DNA of 64,000 nt from an uncultured delta proteobacterium (GCA_963817385.1 CAWFOM010000007.1:1-64000); one strand, 5' to 3'. Positions 8,394-19,218 are shown, counted from the first letter of the stretch. The notes: generated by a model from the letters alone, not told the origin. Numbers and translations are program-made.

Positions 8394-10817
8394 CTACATG
8401 AAATTGACGGGATCCACATCCACCAGGATCTCCAGGCCGTCGCGTCCGGCCCCTTCCAGGAGCCTCCGAGCGAGGAGAAGGAGGGGGCGGCTCTCTTTCC
8501 CCCGGAGGAGGAGCTGCCAGCGGTACCTTCCCCGGATCCGGGCGAGGGGTGATTCGGCGGGACCGATCACATCGATCTTCCCTCCGGCGACGGTTGCGGC
8601 CAGTTCCCGCGCCCGGGCGCCGATCTCCGCAACGGCCTTCCTGCCCTCTCCCTTCTTCAGACTGGAGAAATGAAGCCCCACGAGGCGGGAAAAGGGGGGA
8701 TAGGCGAGTTGCCGGCGCAGGGGAAGCTCGTCCTCGTAGAAACCGGCATAGTCGTGCTCCCGAGCCCGACGGATGACGTAATGGCCCGGGTTGAAGGTCT
8801 GGATGACGACCCGACCCGGCTGATCTCCCCGTCCCCCCCGTCCCGACACCTGCGTCAGGATCTGAAAGGTCCGCTCGGCGCCCCGGAAGTCCGGGATGTT
8901 CAGGGAGGCGTCGGCGGCGATGACGCCGACCAGGGTGATCCCGGGAAAATCGTGTCCCTTGGTGATCATCTGCGTGCCGACAAGGATGTCGATCTCCCCC
9001 CGATCGAGGCCGCGGAGAATCCTCTCCGAATCACCCTTCCGGGAGGTCGTGTCGCTGTCCATCCGGGCGATCCGGGCGTCGGGGAAGAGCTTCCTCGCCT
9101 CCTCCTCGACCCGTTCCGTTCCCGCGCCGTGGCTGCGGACGCGGCTTCCCTTGCAGGCCGGACAGCGGTCGGAGGTTTTTGCCGTGAAGTCGCAATGGTG
9201 GCACTTCAGGACGCCCTCGGCGGCATGATGGGTAAGGGCGATCTCGCAGTTCGGGCAGGAGAAGGTGTAACCGCATTCCGGACAGAAGAGAAAGGTATGG
9301 AATCCCCGCCGGTTGAGAAAAAGGAGGGTTTGCCTTCCGCCCGCCAGGGTTTCCCGGATCGCCTCGATGAGGGGGCGCGAAAAGAGGGGCGTCAGCCCCT
9401 GTTCGTTTCTTTCCGTCCTGAGATCGACTACTTCGACGCTGGGAAGGGGGCGGTCGTCGATCCGGGCGGGGAGGGTCAAGTAGCGGTAACGACCCTCGGC
9501 AGCGTGAAAATAACTCTGGATGGCGGGCGTGGCGGAGCCGAGGATCACGGTCGCCTGTGAGAACCGGCCCCTCACGAGGGCGAGGTCGCGGGCGTTGTAG
9601 CGGAGCCGTTCGTCCTGCTTGTAGGAGGAGTCATGCTCCTCGTCCACGACGATCAGCCGGAGGTCCCGTACCGGTGCGAAGAGGGCCGACCGGGCGCCGA
9701 CGACCACGCGGATCTCTCCCCGCCGGATCCGCTTCCACTGATCGTAGCGGGCGCTCCGGGAGATGCCGCTGTGGAGGACCGCGATCTCCCGTTCCGGAAA
9801 CCGGCTGCCGACGCGGGAGAGGAGCTGCCCCGTAAGGGCGATCTCCGGGACGAGGTAGATCGCGCCGCCGTCGCCCCGGAGGACCTCGGCGATGGCCTGG
9901 AGGTAAACCTCCGTCTTGCCGCTTCCCGTCACGCCGTGGAGGAGGCAGGGGGAGAACTGACCCGCGGCGAGGCACCGGCAGATCTCGTCGAGGGCTGCGA
10001 CCTGCGCCCCGTTCAGGACGACCCCTGTTCCGCTCTGTCCGATTTCCGGTGCGGGACCGGGTCCGCGGGAGACCTCCCGCTCGGCGAAGCGGATGAATCC
10101 CTTTCGTTCCAGGACCCGGAGGGAAGCCATGGCGTTCTTGAAAAGTGTGCGCAGGTCGCTGACCGGCATTTCGCCCCGTTTCCGGAGAGTCTCGACCATG
10201 GCCGATTGTTTTGCGGTGAGGTTCTCTCCCGGGGGAATTTCTGCATTCAGAACGGCCCACTTCTCCTTCTTTAGCCGGACCGCCGGACGGTTCAGACGCT
10301 CCTCCGAAACGACGAGCCCCGCCGTTTCGAGAAAACGGAGATTTCCGGAGAGGTTGTTTTTACCCATCTCCCTGCGCAGACGACTCAAGGGAATGCCTTC
10401 CGGGCAGCGGGCAACCTGTTCCAGGAGTTCCCTCTGTCCCGCAGTGAGGTGCAGATCCGCGGATGCGGCGCCTTCGGCGATACGGAGCCACCGGTCGCTC
10501 TGCACGTCGATCCCGCCGGGGAGGAGCTCGCCCAGGACCTTCCCCAGCGGGTGGAGGTAGTAACGGGAGATCCATTCGTAAAAAACCAGGTCGTCGCGGT
10601 CAAACAGGGGTTCGGGATCGGGCAGGTCAATGATTTTTTTGATGGTTTGATCGCAGTCCGCCTCGGGCATGGCTTCGATGATGAAGCCGGTCACCCGCCG
10701 CCTCCCGAAGGGGACGAGGACCCGTTTGCCCACGGCGACAGCAGGGGCGAATATTTCCGGAACGGCATACGTGAAGGTCTTTGCGGAAGGAATCGGTATG
10801 GCAACCCTGACAAACAT
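8394..10817 (-). CDS. priA: Primosomal protein N'
   Basis: GVTGSGKTEVY, DEEHDSSYKQ, four CxxC pairs, VDVDP C-terminus. Confidence 0.97.
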   Translation of the reverse strand: MFVRVAIPIPSAKTFTYAVPEIFAPAVAVGKRVLVPFGRRRVTGFIIEAMPEADCDQTIKKIIDLPDPEPLFDRDDLVFYEWISRYYLHPLGKVLGELLPGGIDVQSDRWLRIAEGAASADLHLTAGQRELLEQVARCPEGIPLSRLRREMGKNNLSGNLRFLETAGLVVSEERLNRPAVRLKKEKWAVLNAEIPPGENLTAKQSAMVETLRKRGEMPVSDLRTLFKNAMASLRVLERKGFIRFAEREVSRGPGPAPEIGQSGTGVVLNGAQVAALDEICRCLAAGQFSPCLLHGVTGSGKTEVYLQAIAEVLRGDGGAIYLVPEIALTGQLLSRVGSRFPEREIAVLHSGISRSARYDQWKRIRRGEIRVVVGARSALFAPVRDLRLIVVDEEHDSSYKQDERLRYNARDLALVRGRFSQATVILGSATPAIQSYFHAAEGRYRYLTLPARIDDRPLPSVEVVDLRTERNEQGLTPLFSRPLIEAIRETLAGGRQTLLFLNRRGFHTFLFCPECGYTFSCPNCEIALTHHAAEGVLKCHHCDFTAKTSDRCPACKGSRVRSHGAGTERVEEEARKLFPDARIARMDSDTTSRKGDSERILRGLDRGEIDILVGTQMITKGHDFPGITLVGVIAADASLNIPDFRGAERTFQILTQVSGRGGRGDQPGRVVIQTFNPGHYVIRRAREHDYAGFYEDELPLRRQLAYPPFSRLVGLHFSSLKKGEGRKAVAEIGARARELAATVAGGKIDVIGPAESPLARIRGRYRWQLLLRGKESRPLLLLARRLLEGAGRDGLEILVDVDPVNFM

Positions 10818-10832
10818 CCGTAATCATCCTTA

Positions 10833-10880
10833 AAAAAAATCCCTCTTCGATCCCCGTGGCACCGGGGATCGAGGGGGGAT
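10833..10880 (-). terminator. Intrinsic terminator after dksA
   Basis: ATCCCTCTTCGATCCCC/GGGGATCGAGGGGGGAT hairpin followed by a T-run on the minus strand. Confidence 0.7.
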
Positions 10881-10925
10881 CGGAAGTCGGAATCGTTGCC
10901 GTTGTATCAGCGGGGGCGCGGGCGG

Positions 10926-11291
10926 TTATTCCCCCTTGAGTTTTTCCATCTTCTCCTGCTTCATCTTGCAGTCGATGCAAGAGGTGGTAACCGGCCTCGC
11001 CATGAGCCGTTTTTCGGAGATCGAGCCTCCGCAGACCTCGCAGATGCCGAAGACGCCGTCGTCTATCCGCTTGATGGCCTCCTGCATCTTGATAATCAAC
11101 CTTCTCTCCCGGTCGCGGATCCTCAGTTCGAAATTCCGGTCCGACTCGAGGGAAGCCCGGTCGTTGGGGTCGGGATAGTTCTCTTTCACGCCGCTGGTCA
11201 TCTCCGACACGGTTTTTCCCGCTTCTCCCAGAAGTTCGTTGATCTTCTGACCCAGCATGTATCTGAAAAACTCTATCTTTTCGGGTTTCAT
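10926..11291 (-). CDS. dksA: RNA polymerase-binding transcription factor DksA
   Basis: DPNDRA coiled-coil tip; CEVC...CIDC zinc finger. Confidence 0.93.
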   Translation of the reverse strand: MKPEKIEFFRYMLGQKINELLGEAGKTVSEMTSGVKENYPDPNDRASLESDRNFELRIRDRERRLIIKMQEAIKRIDDGVFGICEVCGGSISEKRLMARPVTTSCIDCKMKQEKMEKLKGE

Positions 11292-11410
11292 TGTCGTTTT
11301 TGGCACGGTGTTCATCATCTCCTATCCGGATGTTCGATTAAGGGAACAGTTCATACATGATGACGAGGGATTTGTAAAGGAAAAAATGCATGAGAAGGAT
11401 CACGATCAAC

Positions 11411-11902
11411 TTACTTTTCCCCGTAGATCCTGAGGATCTTCTCCACGATATTCGTCGTGGAAACCCCCTCGGTCATGGGGATGATGACGACCTTTCCCCC
11501 CCACGACCGGACCGCATCCCGTCCCACGACCGACTCTTCTTCCCAGTCGCCCCCTTTGACAAGTAGATCAGGCCGCAGGTACTCGATGAGGGCCAGCGGC
11601 GTCGGTTCATCAAACAGGGTCACGTAATCGACCGCTGCCAGGGACGCGACGACTTCGGCGCGCTCCCCCTGGGGAACCAGCGGCCGCTTTTCCCCCTTGA
11701 TTGCCCGTACGGAGGCGTCGCTGTTGAGCCCCAGGATGAGGAGATCCCCCGCTTTCCGCGCCTCGCGCAGATATTGGACATGACCCGCATGCAGGATGTC
11801 GAAGCAGCCGTTCGTGAAGGCGACTTTTTTCCCCTCACCTCGCAGACGTTCCACTTCTCTCTTCAATGCCTCCCAGGTTACTATTTTGCCCATCCGCTCC
11901 AT
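11411..11902 (-). CDS. rfaE2: D-glycero-beta-D-manno-heptose 1-phosphate adenylyltransferase (RfaE domain II)
   Basis: FTNGCFDILHAGH, LNSDASV, LVKGGDW, STTNI. Confidence 0.92.
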   Translation of the reverse strand: MERMGKIVTWEALKREVERLRGEGKKVAFTNGCFDILHAGHVQYLREARKAGDLLILGLNSDASVRAIKGEKRPLVPQGERAEVVASLAAVDYVTLFDEPTPLALIEYLRPDLLVKGGDWEEESVVGRDAVRSWGGKVVIIPMTEGVSTTNIVEKILRIYGEK

Positions 11903-11920
11903 CTCTTCCCGTCTCCCCTC

Positions 11921-12667
11921 TTATTCCCCCGGCGTTCCGTAATCAGGGACCGCCCTGGCCAGGGTCAGGACGGCCACTGCCTCCGCCTTCTCGCGCATAA
12001 GCGCCGAAGCACATTCCGTCAGCGTGCTCCCCGTGGTGGTGACATCATCCACCAGGAGAATCCTCCGGCCGGCGACCTTCTTCGGTTTTTGCACCACAAA
12101 TGCCCCCCGAACGTTTGCCGACCGGTCCTCTCTTCCCAGGCCGACCTGCGGCGCCGTGAAGACTTTTCGCCTAAGCGTCATAAAATCCAGGGGGAGGGAG
12201 AAGCGCTTCGCTACCTCGCGCGCCAGGATCACGGCCTGGTTGAAGCCCCGCTCCCGAAGACGCTTCCGGTGCAGCGGAACCGGCATGATCGTGGAAAAAA
12301 CCTTCATATCCCATTGCCCTCCGGCAAAATCGGCCATGATCCTCCCCAGGACCTTGCCGATCCCGATTTTTCCTTGGTACTTGAACAGGTGGATCGCCGT
12401 CAGGAGCGTCCCTTCGTAACGTCCGACCGCACGGGCGATCGCATAAGGCCTCGTGGTCACGAGACATTCTCCGCAGAGATGATCTTCCTCTTCCGTGACG
12501 GGATAGGGGATGCCGCACCGGGGGCACAGCGGTGAATGGATGAAGTAGATCTCCGCAGTGCATGGCGGACAGAAGGGGAGCGGACCGTGCTCCTCCAGGA
12601 CTGTGCCGCAGGTAATGCATCGGGGAGGAAAGATCAAGTCGGCGATCCCGGTCAGGATCTCGTGCAA
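11921..12667 (-). CDS. comF: ComF family phosphoribosyltransferase-like protein
   Basis: N-terminal Cys pairs, PVPLH...RGFNQA, LLVDDVTTTGST. Confidence 0.9.
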   Translation of the reverse strand: MHEILTGIADLIFPPRCITCGTVLEEHGPLPFCPPCTAEIYFIHSPLCPRCGIPYPVTEEEDHLCGECLVTTRPYAIARAVGRYEGTLLTAIHLFKYQGKIGIGKVLGRIMADFAGGQWDMKVFSTIMPVPLHRKRLRERGFNQAVILAREVAKRFSLPLDFMTLRRKVFTAPQVGLGREDRSANVRGAFVVQKPKKVAGRRILLVDDVTTTGSTLTECASALMREKAEAVAVLTLARAVPDYGTPGE

Positions 12668-12669
12668 GG

Positions 12670-13068
12670 TTACATCCTCTTGGGCAACGCCTTGACGGAA
12701 ACGGTCTCGTCGGGGACGGCCATCCGGGGCGCTTCCGACCAGAGCCTTTCCAAGTCATAGAAGGTCCGGACGGTATCGAGGAAGATGTGGATGATCACAT
12801 CATCGTAATCCATGAGGATCCATTGCCCCGCGGTTTCCCCCTCGATGCCCAGGGGCGTGATCCCCGCAATTTTCAGATTCTCCTGGATCGCGGCGGCGAT
12901 GGCCCTTAGCTGCCGGTCCGAGGTCCCGCTGCAAATGAGGAAATAGTCGGCAAAGGCGGAGATCTCCTTTACGTTGAGGATGACGAGATCCTTCGCCTTT
13001 TTCTCCAGGGATGCGTTGATGCACAGAAGCGCGCGCGCCCGCGAATCGGGCTCCTTTTTTTTTGTCAA
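12670..13068 (-). CDS. rsfS: Ribosome silencing factor
   Basis: ADYFLICSG, WILMDYDDVIIHIF, FYDLERLW. Confidence 0.95.
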   Translation of the reverse strand: MTKKKEPDSRARALLCINASLEKKAKDLVILNVKEISAFADYFLICSGTSDRQLRAIAAAIQENLKIAGITPLGIEGETAGQWILMDYDDVIIHIFLDTVRTFYDLERLWSEAPRMAVPDETVSVKALPKRM

Positions 13069-13268
13069 TCTCCCTCCTGCTCCTTTATTGTGCCGGGACG
13101 CCGGCGGCCGTTTCGCGGCGTCTTCCGGACGGTTAAGAAATTAACCCGCTGTTTTTAATAGCAGAACAAGGGTTTCCTGTCAATGACTCTTCCGGTCCGA
13201 ATTGTCCGTTGTGAAAAAGGGGCGCTTGTGGTAAACGAAGCGCACCAGCCAATGTCGGTGAGATCCGC

Positions 13269-14064
13269 ATGCGTGAGATACTGAAAAAGATCCAGGTTCA
13301 TGTCCCGTATTCCCGACTCCGCGCGGACCTCCTGCCGATGGTAATCCGGGAAGGGATCAATCCGGAGATCAGCTTCAATCATCGTGATCTTGACTCTTTT
13401 CCTGCGGAGGATTTCCGTCAGACGGCGGAACGGCTCGCCGATACGGGGCTTTCCGTCACGTTCCACGCACCGTTTCTGGATCTGCGTCCGGGGGCGATCG
13501 ATCCGAAAATCCGCCAGGTGACCGTGGAGAGACTCCGCCGGGTCTTTGAGCTCGTCCCCCTGTTCAGGCCGCGCTCCATCGTCTGCCATCCCTCATACGA
13601 TGAGAAGTACTACGTTTCCGGCGAGAAGTTATGGCTCGAGAACAGTCTCGAAACCTGGCGCTGCCTCCTGCCGTACGTGCAGGGTACGGAGACGATCATC
13701 GCCATGGAGAACGTCTACGAGCGAGGTCCCCATCAGCTCGCTCCTCTTCTTGATGCACTTGATTCGCCCCAGGTCCGTTTTTGCTTCGACACCGGGCACG
13801 CCAACGCCTTCGGGAGCGCGTCGTATGGAGAATGGTTGGAGAGCCTCGGCGGCCGTCTTGGTGAGATCCATATCCACGACAACAATGGTACGACCGATGA
13901 GCACCTGCCGGTCGGGGAGGGAAATTTCCCCTTCCGTGAGCTGCTCGCAGATGGTTCGGGAGAGGGACCTGAAGCCGATCCTCACCATCGAATCGCATTC
14001 GGAAAAGCATCTCTGGCGGATGGTCGAAAACATCCGGACCATGAAACTGCTGGAGTGTCCGTGA
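13269..14064 (+). CDS. Sugar phosphate isomerase/epimerase (AP endonuclease 2 TIM barrel), frameshift near 13945
   Basis: HAPF, MENVYE, CFDTGH, HIHDNNG..DEHL; C-terminal TIESH lies in another frame. Confidence 0.85.
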
Positions 14065-14110
14065 CCCTCCTTTTCCCTTTTATCGACTGACGAGAGACGG
14101 GGTCTGCAAC

Positions 14111-15085
14111 ATGCTTCGCTACATCGCCAAGAGACTCCTCTTCATGGCGCCGCTCCTTCTCGGGATCACCGTCATCTGTTTTACGGTGATGCACCTGGCG
14201 CCCGGCTCCCCCACCGATCTCCAGACCCAGATGAACCCGCGGGCCTCCCTGGAGATGAAGGAGCGGCTCCGGGCGATGTACGACCTGGACAAGCCCATCC
14301 ACGAGCAGTACTTCAAGTGGGTGGCGCGGCTGGCCGTCCTGGATATGGGGATCTCCTTTTCGACGGACCGCCGGCCGGTGGCGGACAAGATCCTGGAGCG
14401 GCTGCCGATCACGATCCTTCTGAACGTCCTTTCCATGCTCTTGATCCTCATCGTTGCCATCCCGCTGGGGGTGATCTCCGCCGTCCGCCAGGACTCCCTT
14501 TTCGATCGGATCACCGGCGTCGTCGTCTTTATCGGCTTTGCCGTCCCCACCTTCTGGCTCGCTCTCCTGCTCATGATCCTCTTCGGGGTTCAACTCGGCT
14601 GGCTCCCCATCTCCGGCATCCGTTCCCTGAACTATGAGTATCTTCCCCCGGGGATGGCCTTCTGGGATCTGATCCGGCATCTCATCCTGCCGGTGTCGCT
14701 GTCTGCCTTTGGCGGGCTGGCCGGACTGTCAAGGTATATGCGGGCGAATATGCTGGAGGTTGTTCGCCAGGATTACATCATGACGGCGAGGGCCAAGGGG
14801 CTCCCCGAGAGGATCGTCATCTACAAGCATGCCCTGAGAAATGCGCTCCTCCCGGTCATCACCATCCTCGGCCTCTCCGTTCCGGGGCTCATCGGGGGAA
14901 GCGTGATCTTCGAGACGATCTTCGCCATCCCGGGAATGGGGCAGCTCTTCTACATGGCCGTCATGGCGAGGGACTACCCGGTGGTGATGGGGATCCTGTT
15001 CATCGGCGCGGTTCTCACCCTGCTGGGGAACCTGCTCGCCGATGTCTCCTACGCCGCGGCGGATCCGCGGATCCGGGTCTCCTGA
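14111..15085 (+). CDS. Peptide/nickel ABC transporter permease (OppB/DppB-like)
   Basis: [29 protein letters not shown]. Confidence 0.93.
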   Translation: MLRYIAKRLLFMAPLLLGITVICFTVMHLAPGSPTDLQTQMNPRASLEMKERLRAMYDLDKPIHEQYFKWVARLAVLDMGISFSTDRRPVADKILERLPITILLNVLSMLLILIVAIPLGVISAVRQDSLFDRITGVVVFIGFAVPTFWLALLLMILFGVQLGWLPISGIRSLNYEYLPPGMAFWDLIRHLILPVSLSAFGGLAGLSRYMRANMLEVVRQDYIMTARAKGLPERIVIYKHALRNALLPVITILGLSVPGLIGGSVIFETIFAIPGMGQLFYMAVMARDYPVVMGILFIGAVLTLLGNLLADVSYAAADPRIRVS

Positions 15086-15090
15086 GGGAA

Positions 15091-15930
15091 ATGCCGATGG
15101 GAAAAGAATTCCGGAGAAGATTGATGAAGAACCGGTTGGCGGTTGCCGGGGGCGTCATCGTCCTTTTTCTGTTTGCCGTCTCGCTTCTCGCGCCCTGGCT
15201 TGCCCCGTACGATCCGAACGCCATCGACCTGAAGAATGTCCTTCAGCCTCCTTCCGGGGGGCACCTCTTCGGGACGGATCCGCTCGGACGGGATGTATGC
15301 TCCCGGATGATCTGGGGAGCGGGGATCTCGCTTAAGGTGGGATTTGTCGCGACCGGGATCGCCATCCTCATCGGGACGATCCTCGGCGCCCTGGCAGGGT
15401 ATTACGGCCGCTGGGTGGATGCGGTCATCATGAGGTTCGTCGACATCATGCTCTGCTTTCCGACTTTTTTTCTCATCCTGGCGGTGATCGCGATCCTCGA
15501 ACCTTCCATCTGGAACATCATGATCGTCATCGGCCTGACCGGCTGGATGGGGGTGACGCGGCTCGTCCGGGCGGACTTCACCGCCCTCAAAGAGCGCGAC
15601 TTCGTGCAGGCGGCGCGGGGGATAGGCGCCGGCGACGTTCGGATCATCTTCCTCCATATCCTTCCGAACGCGATGGCCTCGGTCCTGGTGACGGCGACAC
15701 TCGGCGTGGCGGGGGCAATCCTCACGGAATCGGCTCTGAGCTTCCTCGGCATCGGGGTCCAGCCGCCCACCCCAAGCTGGGGGAACATCCTGACGGCGGG
15801 GAAGGACAATATCGATATCGCCTGGTGGCTTTCCCTCTACCCGGGGCTTGCCATCCTGATCACCGTTCTCGGCTACAATCTCCTGGGAGAGGGGATCCGC
15901 GACGCCCTCGACCCGCGGCTGAGGCGGTAA
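15091..15930 (+). CDS. Peptide/nickel ABC transporter permease (OppC/DppC-like)
   Basis: HLFGTDPLGRD, ESALSFLGIG, PSWG, RDALDPR. Confidence 0.93.
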   Translation: MPMGKEFRRRLMKNRLAVAGGVIVLFLFAVSLLAPWLAPYDPNAIDLKNVLQPPSGGHLFGTDPLGRDVCSRMIWGAGISLKVGFVATGIAILIGTILGALAGYYGRWVDAVIMRFVDIMLCFPTFFLILAVIAILEPSIWNIMIVIGLTGWMGVTRLVRADFTALKERDFVQAARGIGAGDVRIIFLHILPNAMASVLVTATLGVAGAILTESALSFLGIGVQPPTPSWGNILTAGKDNIDIAWWLSLYPGLAILITVLGYNLLGEGIRDALDPRLRR

Positions 15931-16000
15931 TTTCCCCCGGGAGAACATCATAAAACAGGGGAGCATTTTTCCAATATCTAAAACAGAAAGGAGATGTCCC

Positions 16001-16450
16001 ATGGCACAAGCAAAGAAAAAACCGATTCAGGTTATTCAGACCTCCAAGGCAGGTCCCCCAGTCGGTCCTTATTCTCAGGGCATTAAGGCGGGCGGGTTCA
16101 TCTTTGTAGCCGGAGAAAAGGGAATGGATCCAGTGACGAAACAGATTGTGCCTGGTGGCATCGAGGCAGAGACCCAGAGAACTCTGGAGAATATCAAAGC
16201 CATCCTTGAGGAGGCGGGTTCCAGGTTGGATCTCGTCGTCCAAACATTTGTGTTTATGACGGATCTGAGTGAATTTTCCAAGATGAACACAGTATACGCG
16301 GAGTACTTTAAAGCAAATCCTCCAGGCCGCACGACGGTGGAAGTGAAATCGTTACCGGCAGGAGCCCACGTGGAGATTACAGTCACAGCATTAGCTGGAC
16401 AGGCCCCAAGCGGTCAGCCTTTTAGGGACAGATCTGATAGCAGCGCTTAA
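16001..16450 (+). CDS. RidA/YjgF family enamine deaminase
   Basis: GPYSQGI, MNTVYAEYF, PPGRTTVEV, LPAGAHVEI. Confidence 0.9.
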   Translation: MAQAKKKPIQVIQTSKAGPPVGPYSQGIKAGGFIFVAGEKGMDPVTKQIVPGGIEAETQRTLENIKAILEEAGSRLDLVVQTFVFMTDLSEFSKMNTVYAEYFKANPPGRTTVEVKSLPAGAHVEITVTALAGQAPSGQPFRDRSDSSA

Positions 16451-16466
16451 GCACTTCTCGATCTCT

Positions 16467-16712
16467 TTGTCTTGTGATGGGACTGTTCGTGAGATGGGCA
16501 GAGGATCCAATGTTCTTGGCAGTCCATTGGCCGCCATCGCCCATCTGATTGTCGTACTCGGGAAACAGCCGAACTATATGCCTCTGCAGGCGAACGAGAT
16601 GGTGACCACAGGCACCATCACAACTGCGCTGTCGATTCGCACCGGCGAAACTTGGCGAACTGAACTGGAGGGCATCGCGCTTCCTGGCCTCTCCGTGGAG
16701 TTCACGGAATAA
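16467..16712 (+). pseudogene. C-terminal fragment of a 2-keto-4-pentenoate hydratase-like (FAH fold) protein
   Basis: GRGSNVLGSPLAAIAHL...MVTTGTIT; N-terminus absent. Confidence 0.65.
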
Positions 16713-16914
16713 GGGCGTGATAGGTAGGATCAGGGTTCAGCGCATGTCATGTTCTAATGAATCCGACCCTCTCGGCTCCAAATACTAATCTTCGGTTTGC
16801 TGATCGCCCAGATTAGTGAATTCGGGATGAAAGATGCAAGCGGAGGACTGACATTTTTCAGCTACTGAGGGGTCGGGTGTACTTCCTCCTACCATGAATT
16901 CGTATAGAATGATG

Positions 16915-17110
16915 TATAATCGGTTTATGGGGATTTAGGCATTGTTCATGGGAAGGCAGGAGGACTCATTCCTTCCTGGGCATTAGAGCCCTCATTACAG
17001 TATGTCCCAAGCCTCTATGAACCATAATAGGTTGGTTGGATCATGGAATCCTTGTCACGCTGGAGGATTGGTCTGGAGGCTACGGCACCTGCTATTCCCC
17101 ACTTCTGATA
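16915..17110 (+). ncRNA. Putative bridge RNA (boundaries approximate)
   Basis: Non-coding leader containing CTTCCT-hairpin-TTACAG, which matches both flanks of the insertion site. Confidence 0.65.
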
Positions 17111-17122
17111 GGAGGTGATGCG

Positions 17123-18325
17123 ATGTCAGGATTAAAGGACAGCTTTGATGGTTTTGTCGGAATCGATGTTTCCAAGGATAAGTTCGATGCCTGTGGGATA
17201 ACAGGCGACGCAGCGAAGCTCTTTCAGTTTTCAGCGACCATGGATCGCAAGGGTTTTGAAAAACTGAAGGGGCATCTTGCAGCGGTTTCCATCTCATCTG
17301 TTTTGATCGGGATGGAATCTACGGCGTCCTATCATGTCAATCTCTTTTCTTACCTTGTTTCTGAGGGTTACAGGGTCCTTCTCATCAACCCTCTGCTGAT
17401 TTCCAATTACGTGAAGATGCAACTTAGGAAGACCAAGACGGACAAAAAGGATGCAGTTGTCATTGCCCAGTTTCTTCTTACAAATGGGGTTACCCTGGTT
17501 CAGCGGGCGACTCCAGCTTTGATTTCGGATCTTCGAGATCTTTCCCGTCAACGGGAGAGTCTGGTTGACGAGATGACCGCTTTGAAGATCGAGATCAAGC
17601 GGCTCCTGAATATCACCTTCCCAGAGCTGGAGCATATGGCAGGGATATTTACGAAATCTATCCTGAAGCTTTTACAGCAGTACCCTTCTGCATTGGCTCT
17701 TAGAGATGCAAATCTTGGTCAATTGTCTCAGATGTTGATTGCAGATTCCTATGGGCATAAAAGAGAGGCGTTTGCAGCAGGATTAATCAAGGCAGCTCAT
17801 TCATCGATAGGCAGCAAGAGTCCCGCCAAAGAAATGATTCTGAAGCAGAAGATAGCGCTGCTTCTTCACCTTGAAGACGCCCTACAGGAGATAACCGGTA
17901 TGCTCATTGAAATGAGTCGGAAACTGATGGAAGAAGAAATAAACATCATGACTTCCATAAAGGGCATCGGGGACAAAAGCGCCGCCAATTTTCTCATTGA
18001 GATGGGTGGCGACATCAATCAGTTTGAACGTTCCGGCAAAATCATTGCCATGGCGGGATTGGATCCGGCTGTTTACCAATCCGGTAACCATGAAGGCAAA
18101 GGCAGGATAACGAAACGCGGTAATCGTCACCTGCGAAGGATCATCTGGATGATGACAACCAGAGTGATTCAATACAGTGATATTTTCAAGGTTTATTACC
18201 TCAGGCGAAGAAAGGAGGGACTGCCCTATAAGATGGCTGTATTAGCCACAGCTCATAAATTGATCCGTGTCATCTATGCCATGCTGACACAACGAACAAC
18301 TTTTTGTCCACAGGAGAATTCATGA
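17123..18325 (+). CDS. IS110 family transposase/recombinase
   Basis: FVGIDVSK, MESTASY, KTDKKDA, SIKGIG, AGLDP..YQSG, GNRHLRR; GGAGG RBS before ATG 17123. Confidence 0.95.
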   Translation: MSGLKDSFDGFVGIDVSKDKFDACGITGDAAKLFQFSATMDRKGFEKLKGHLAAVSISSVLIGMESTASYHVNLFSYLVSEGYRVLLINPLLISNYVKMQLRKTKTDKKDAVVIAQFLLTNGVTLVQRATPALISDLRDLSRQRESLVDEMTALKIEIKRLLNITFPELEHMAGIFTKSILKLLQQYPSALALRDANLGQLSQMLIADSYGHKREAFAAGLIKAAHSSIGSKSPAKEMILKQKIALLLHLEDALQEITGMLIEMSRKLMEEEINIMTSIKGIGDKSAANFLIEMGGDINQFERSGKIIAMAGLDPAVYQSGNHEGKGRITKRGNRHLRRIIWMMTTRVIQYSDIFKVYYLRRRKEGLPYKMAVLATAHKLIRVIYAMLTQRTTFCPQENS

Positions 18326-18390
18326 TAGTTGACTGTAAGCAATAAAGATCGTTTTGCTTACTATATGCAAGACTTCAGTCGTTAATCGAT

Positions 18391-18420
18391 AAAAAAGCAG
18401 GGCCATTTCTGACCCTGCTT
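18391..18420 (-). terminator. Intrinsic terminator of the PEP-CTERM gene
   Basis: AAGCAGGG/CCCTGCTT stem with a T-run on the minus strand. Confidence 0.7.
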
Positions 18421-18468
18421 CCCCTTCCCATGGTAAGAATCGTGCTTATGAAACTCCTTGCATCAGGC

Positions 18469-19128
18469 TTATTTGTGCATCCTTCTCCTGACCCCTGCCA
18501 ATCCAATCAACCCAAGGCCAAGAAGGAGTATGGTGGCGGGTTCAGGAACAGCCCCGACTTGCAAATTCACATTATCGATTCCGCGCGGTCCTGTAGTACC
18601 GCCCATCTGAAAAGCAAAATAGAGAACATCAAAAGAGCTGCCAACGATCCCGTTAATTGTGGGAAATGCTGTCCAACTATTGGTGTTATTATTTATTGTA
18701 TAGGATAATCCATATGTAGTGCTGAGGTCAGGCCAAGGAGCAAATCGCGAGATTTTTTGACTACCGTTTAAACCGCCAAGGTAGACCTTTCCTGCGAAAC
18801 TATTTCCACCATTGATATAATCAAAACTAAGGGAGAAAGGGGTACCCGCACCGAGTCCTATTCCACTGAAACCATAAAACAACAGGCTTTCCTCAGCACC
18901 CCCAGTTGGGTTTGGGGTATGTTCTGCCCAAGCATCGGGGTTGCCACCAGTAGGCTTGATTTGCCAACGCACTAAATCGTTCCATTGATTCAGACCGGAG
19001 GAGGTAGTCAAATCACTCTGAAAGATGACGGCTCCAGTGAAATTTTCCGTCAAGCTGAACGCCAGAGCATATCCGCTTGTTAAAAAAATCGTCGCCAAAA
19101 TAGCAAAAACAAATCCGATCCGTTTCAT
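18469..19128 (-). CDS. PEP-CTERM sorting-domain surface protein
   Basis: N-terminal signal peptide; C-terminal VPEPATILLLGLGLIGLAGVRRRMHK. Confidence 0.92.
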   Translation of the reverse strand: MKRIGFVFAILATIFLTSGYALAFSLTENFTGAVIFQSDLTTSSGLNQWNDLVRWQIKPTGGNPDAWAEHTPNPTGGAEESLLFYGFSGIGLGAGTPFSLSFDYINGGNSFAGKVYLGGLNGSQKISRFAPWPDLSTTYGLSYTINNNTNSWTAFPTINGIVGSSFDVLYFAFQMGGTTGPRGIDNVNLQVGAVPEPATILLLGLGLIGLAGVRRRMHK

Positions 19129-19218
19129 ATACATTACCTCCTCATCTGTTTTGTGCGATATTGAAACAAGCGTCCTATTTATCTTTTGCGAAAGCAATAA
19201 CCATTTTTAATAAGTATA

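Larger units (their letters stand above)
16886..18334 (+). mobile_element. Complete IS110-family element with CT core at both ends
   Basis: Subterminal inverted repeats CTACCATGAATTC (16889-16901) / GAATTCATGATAG (18316-18328); joining the ends on CT gives TTGACT-17 bp-TAGAAT. Confidence 0.85.
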
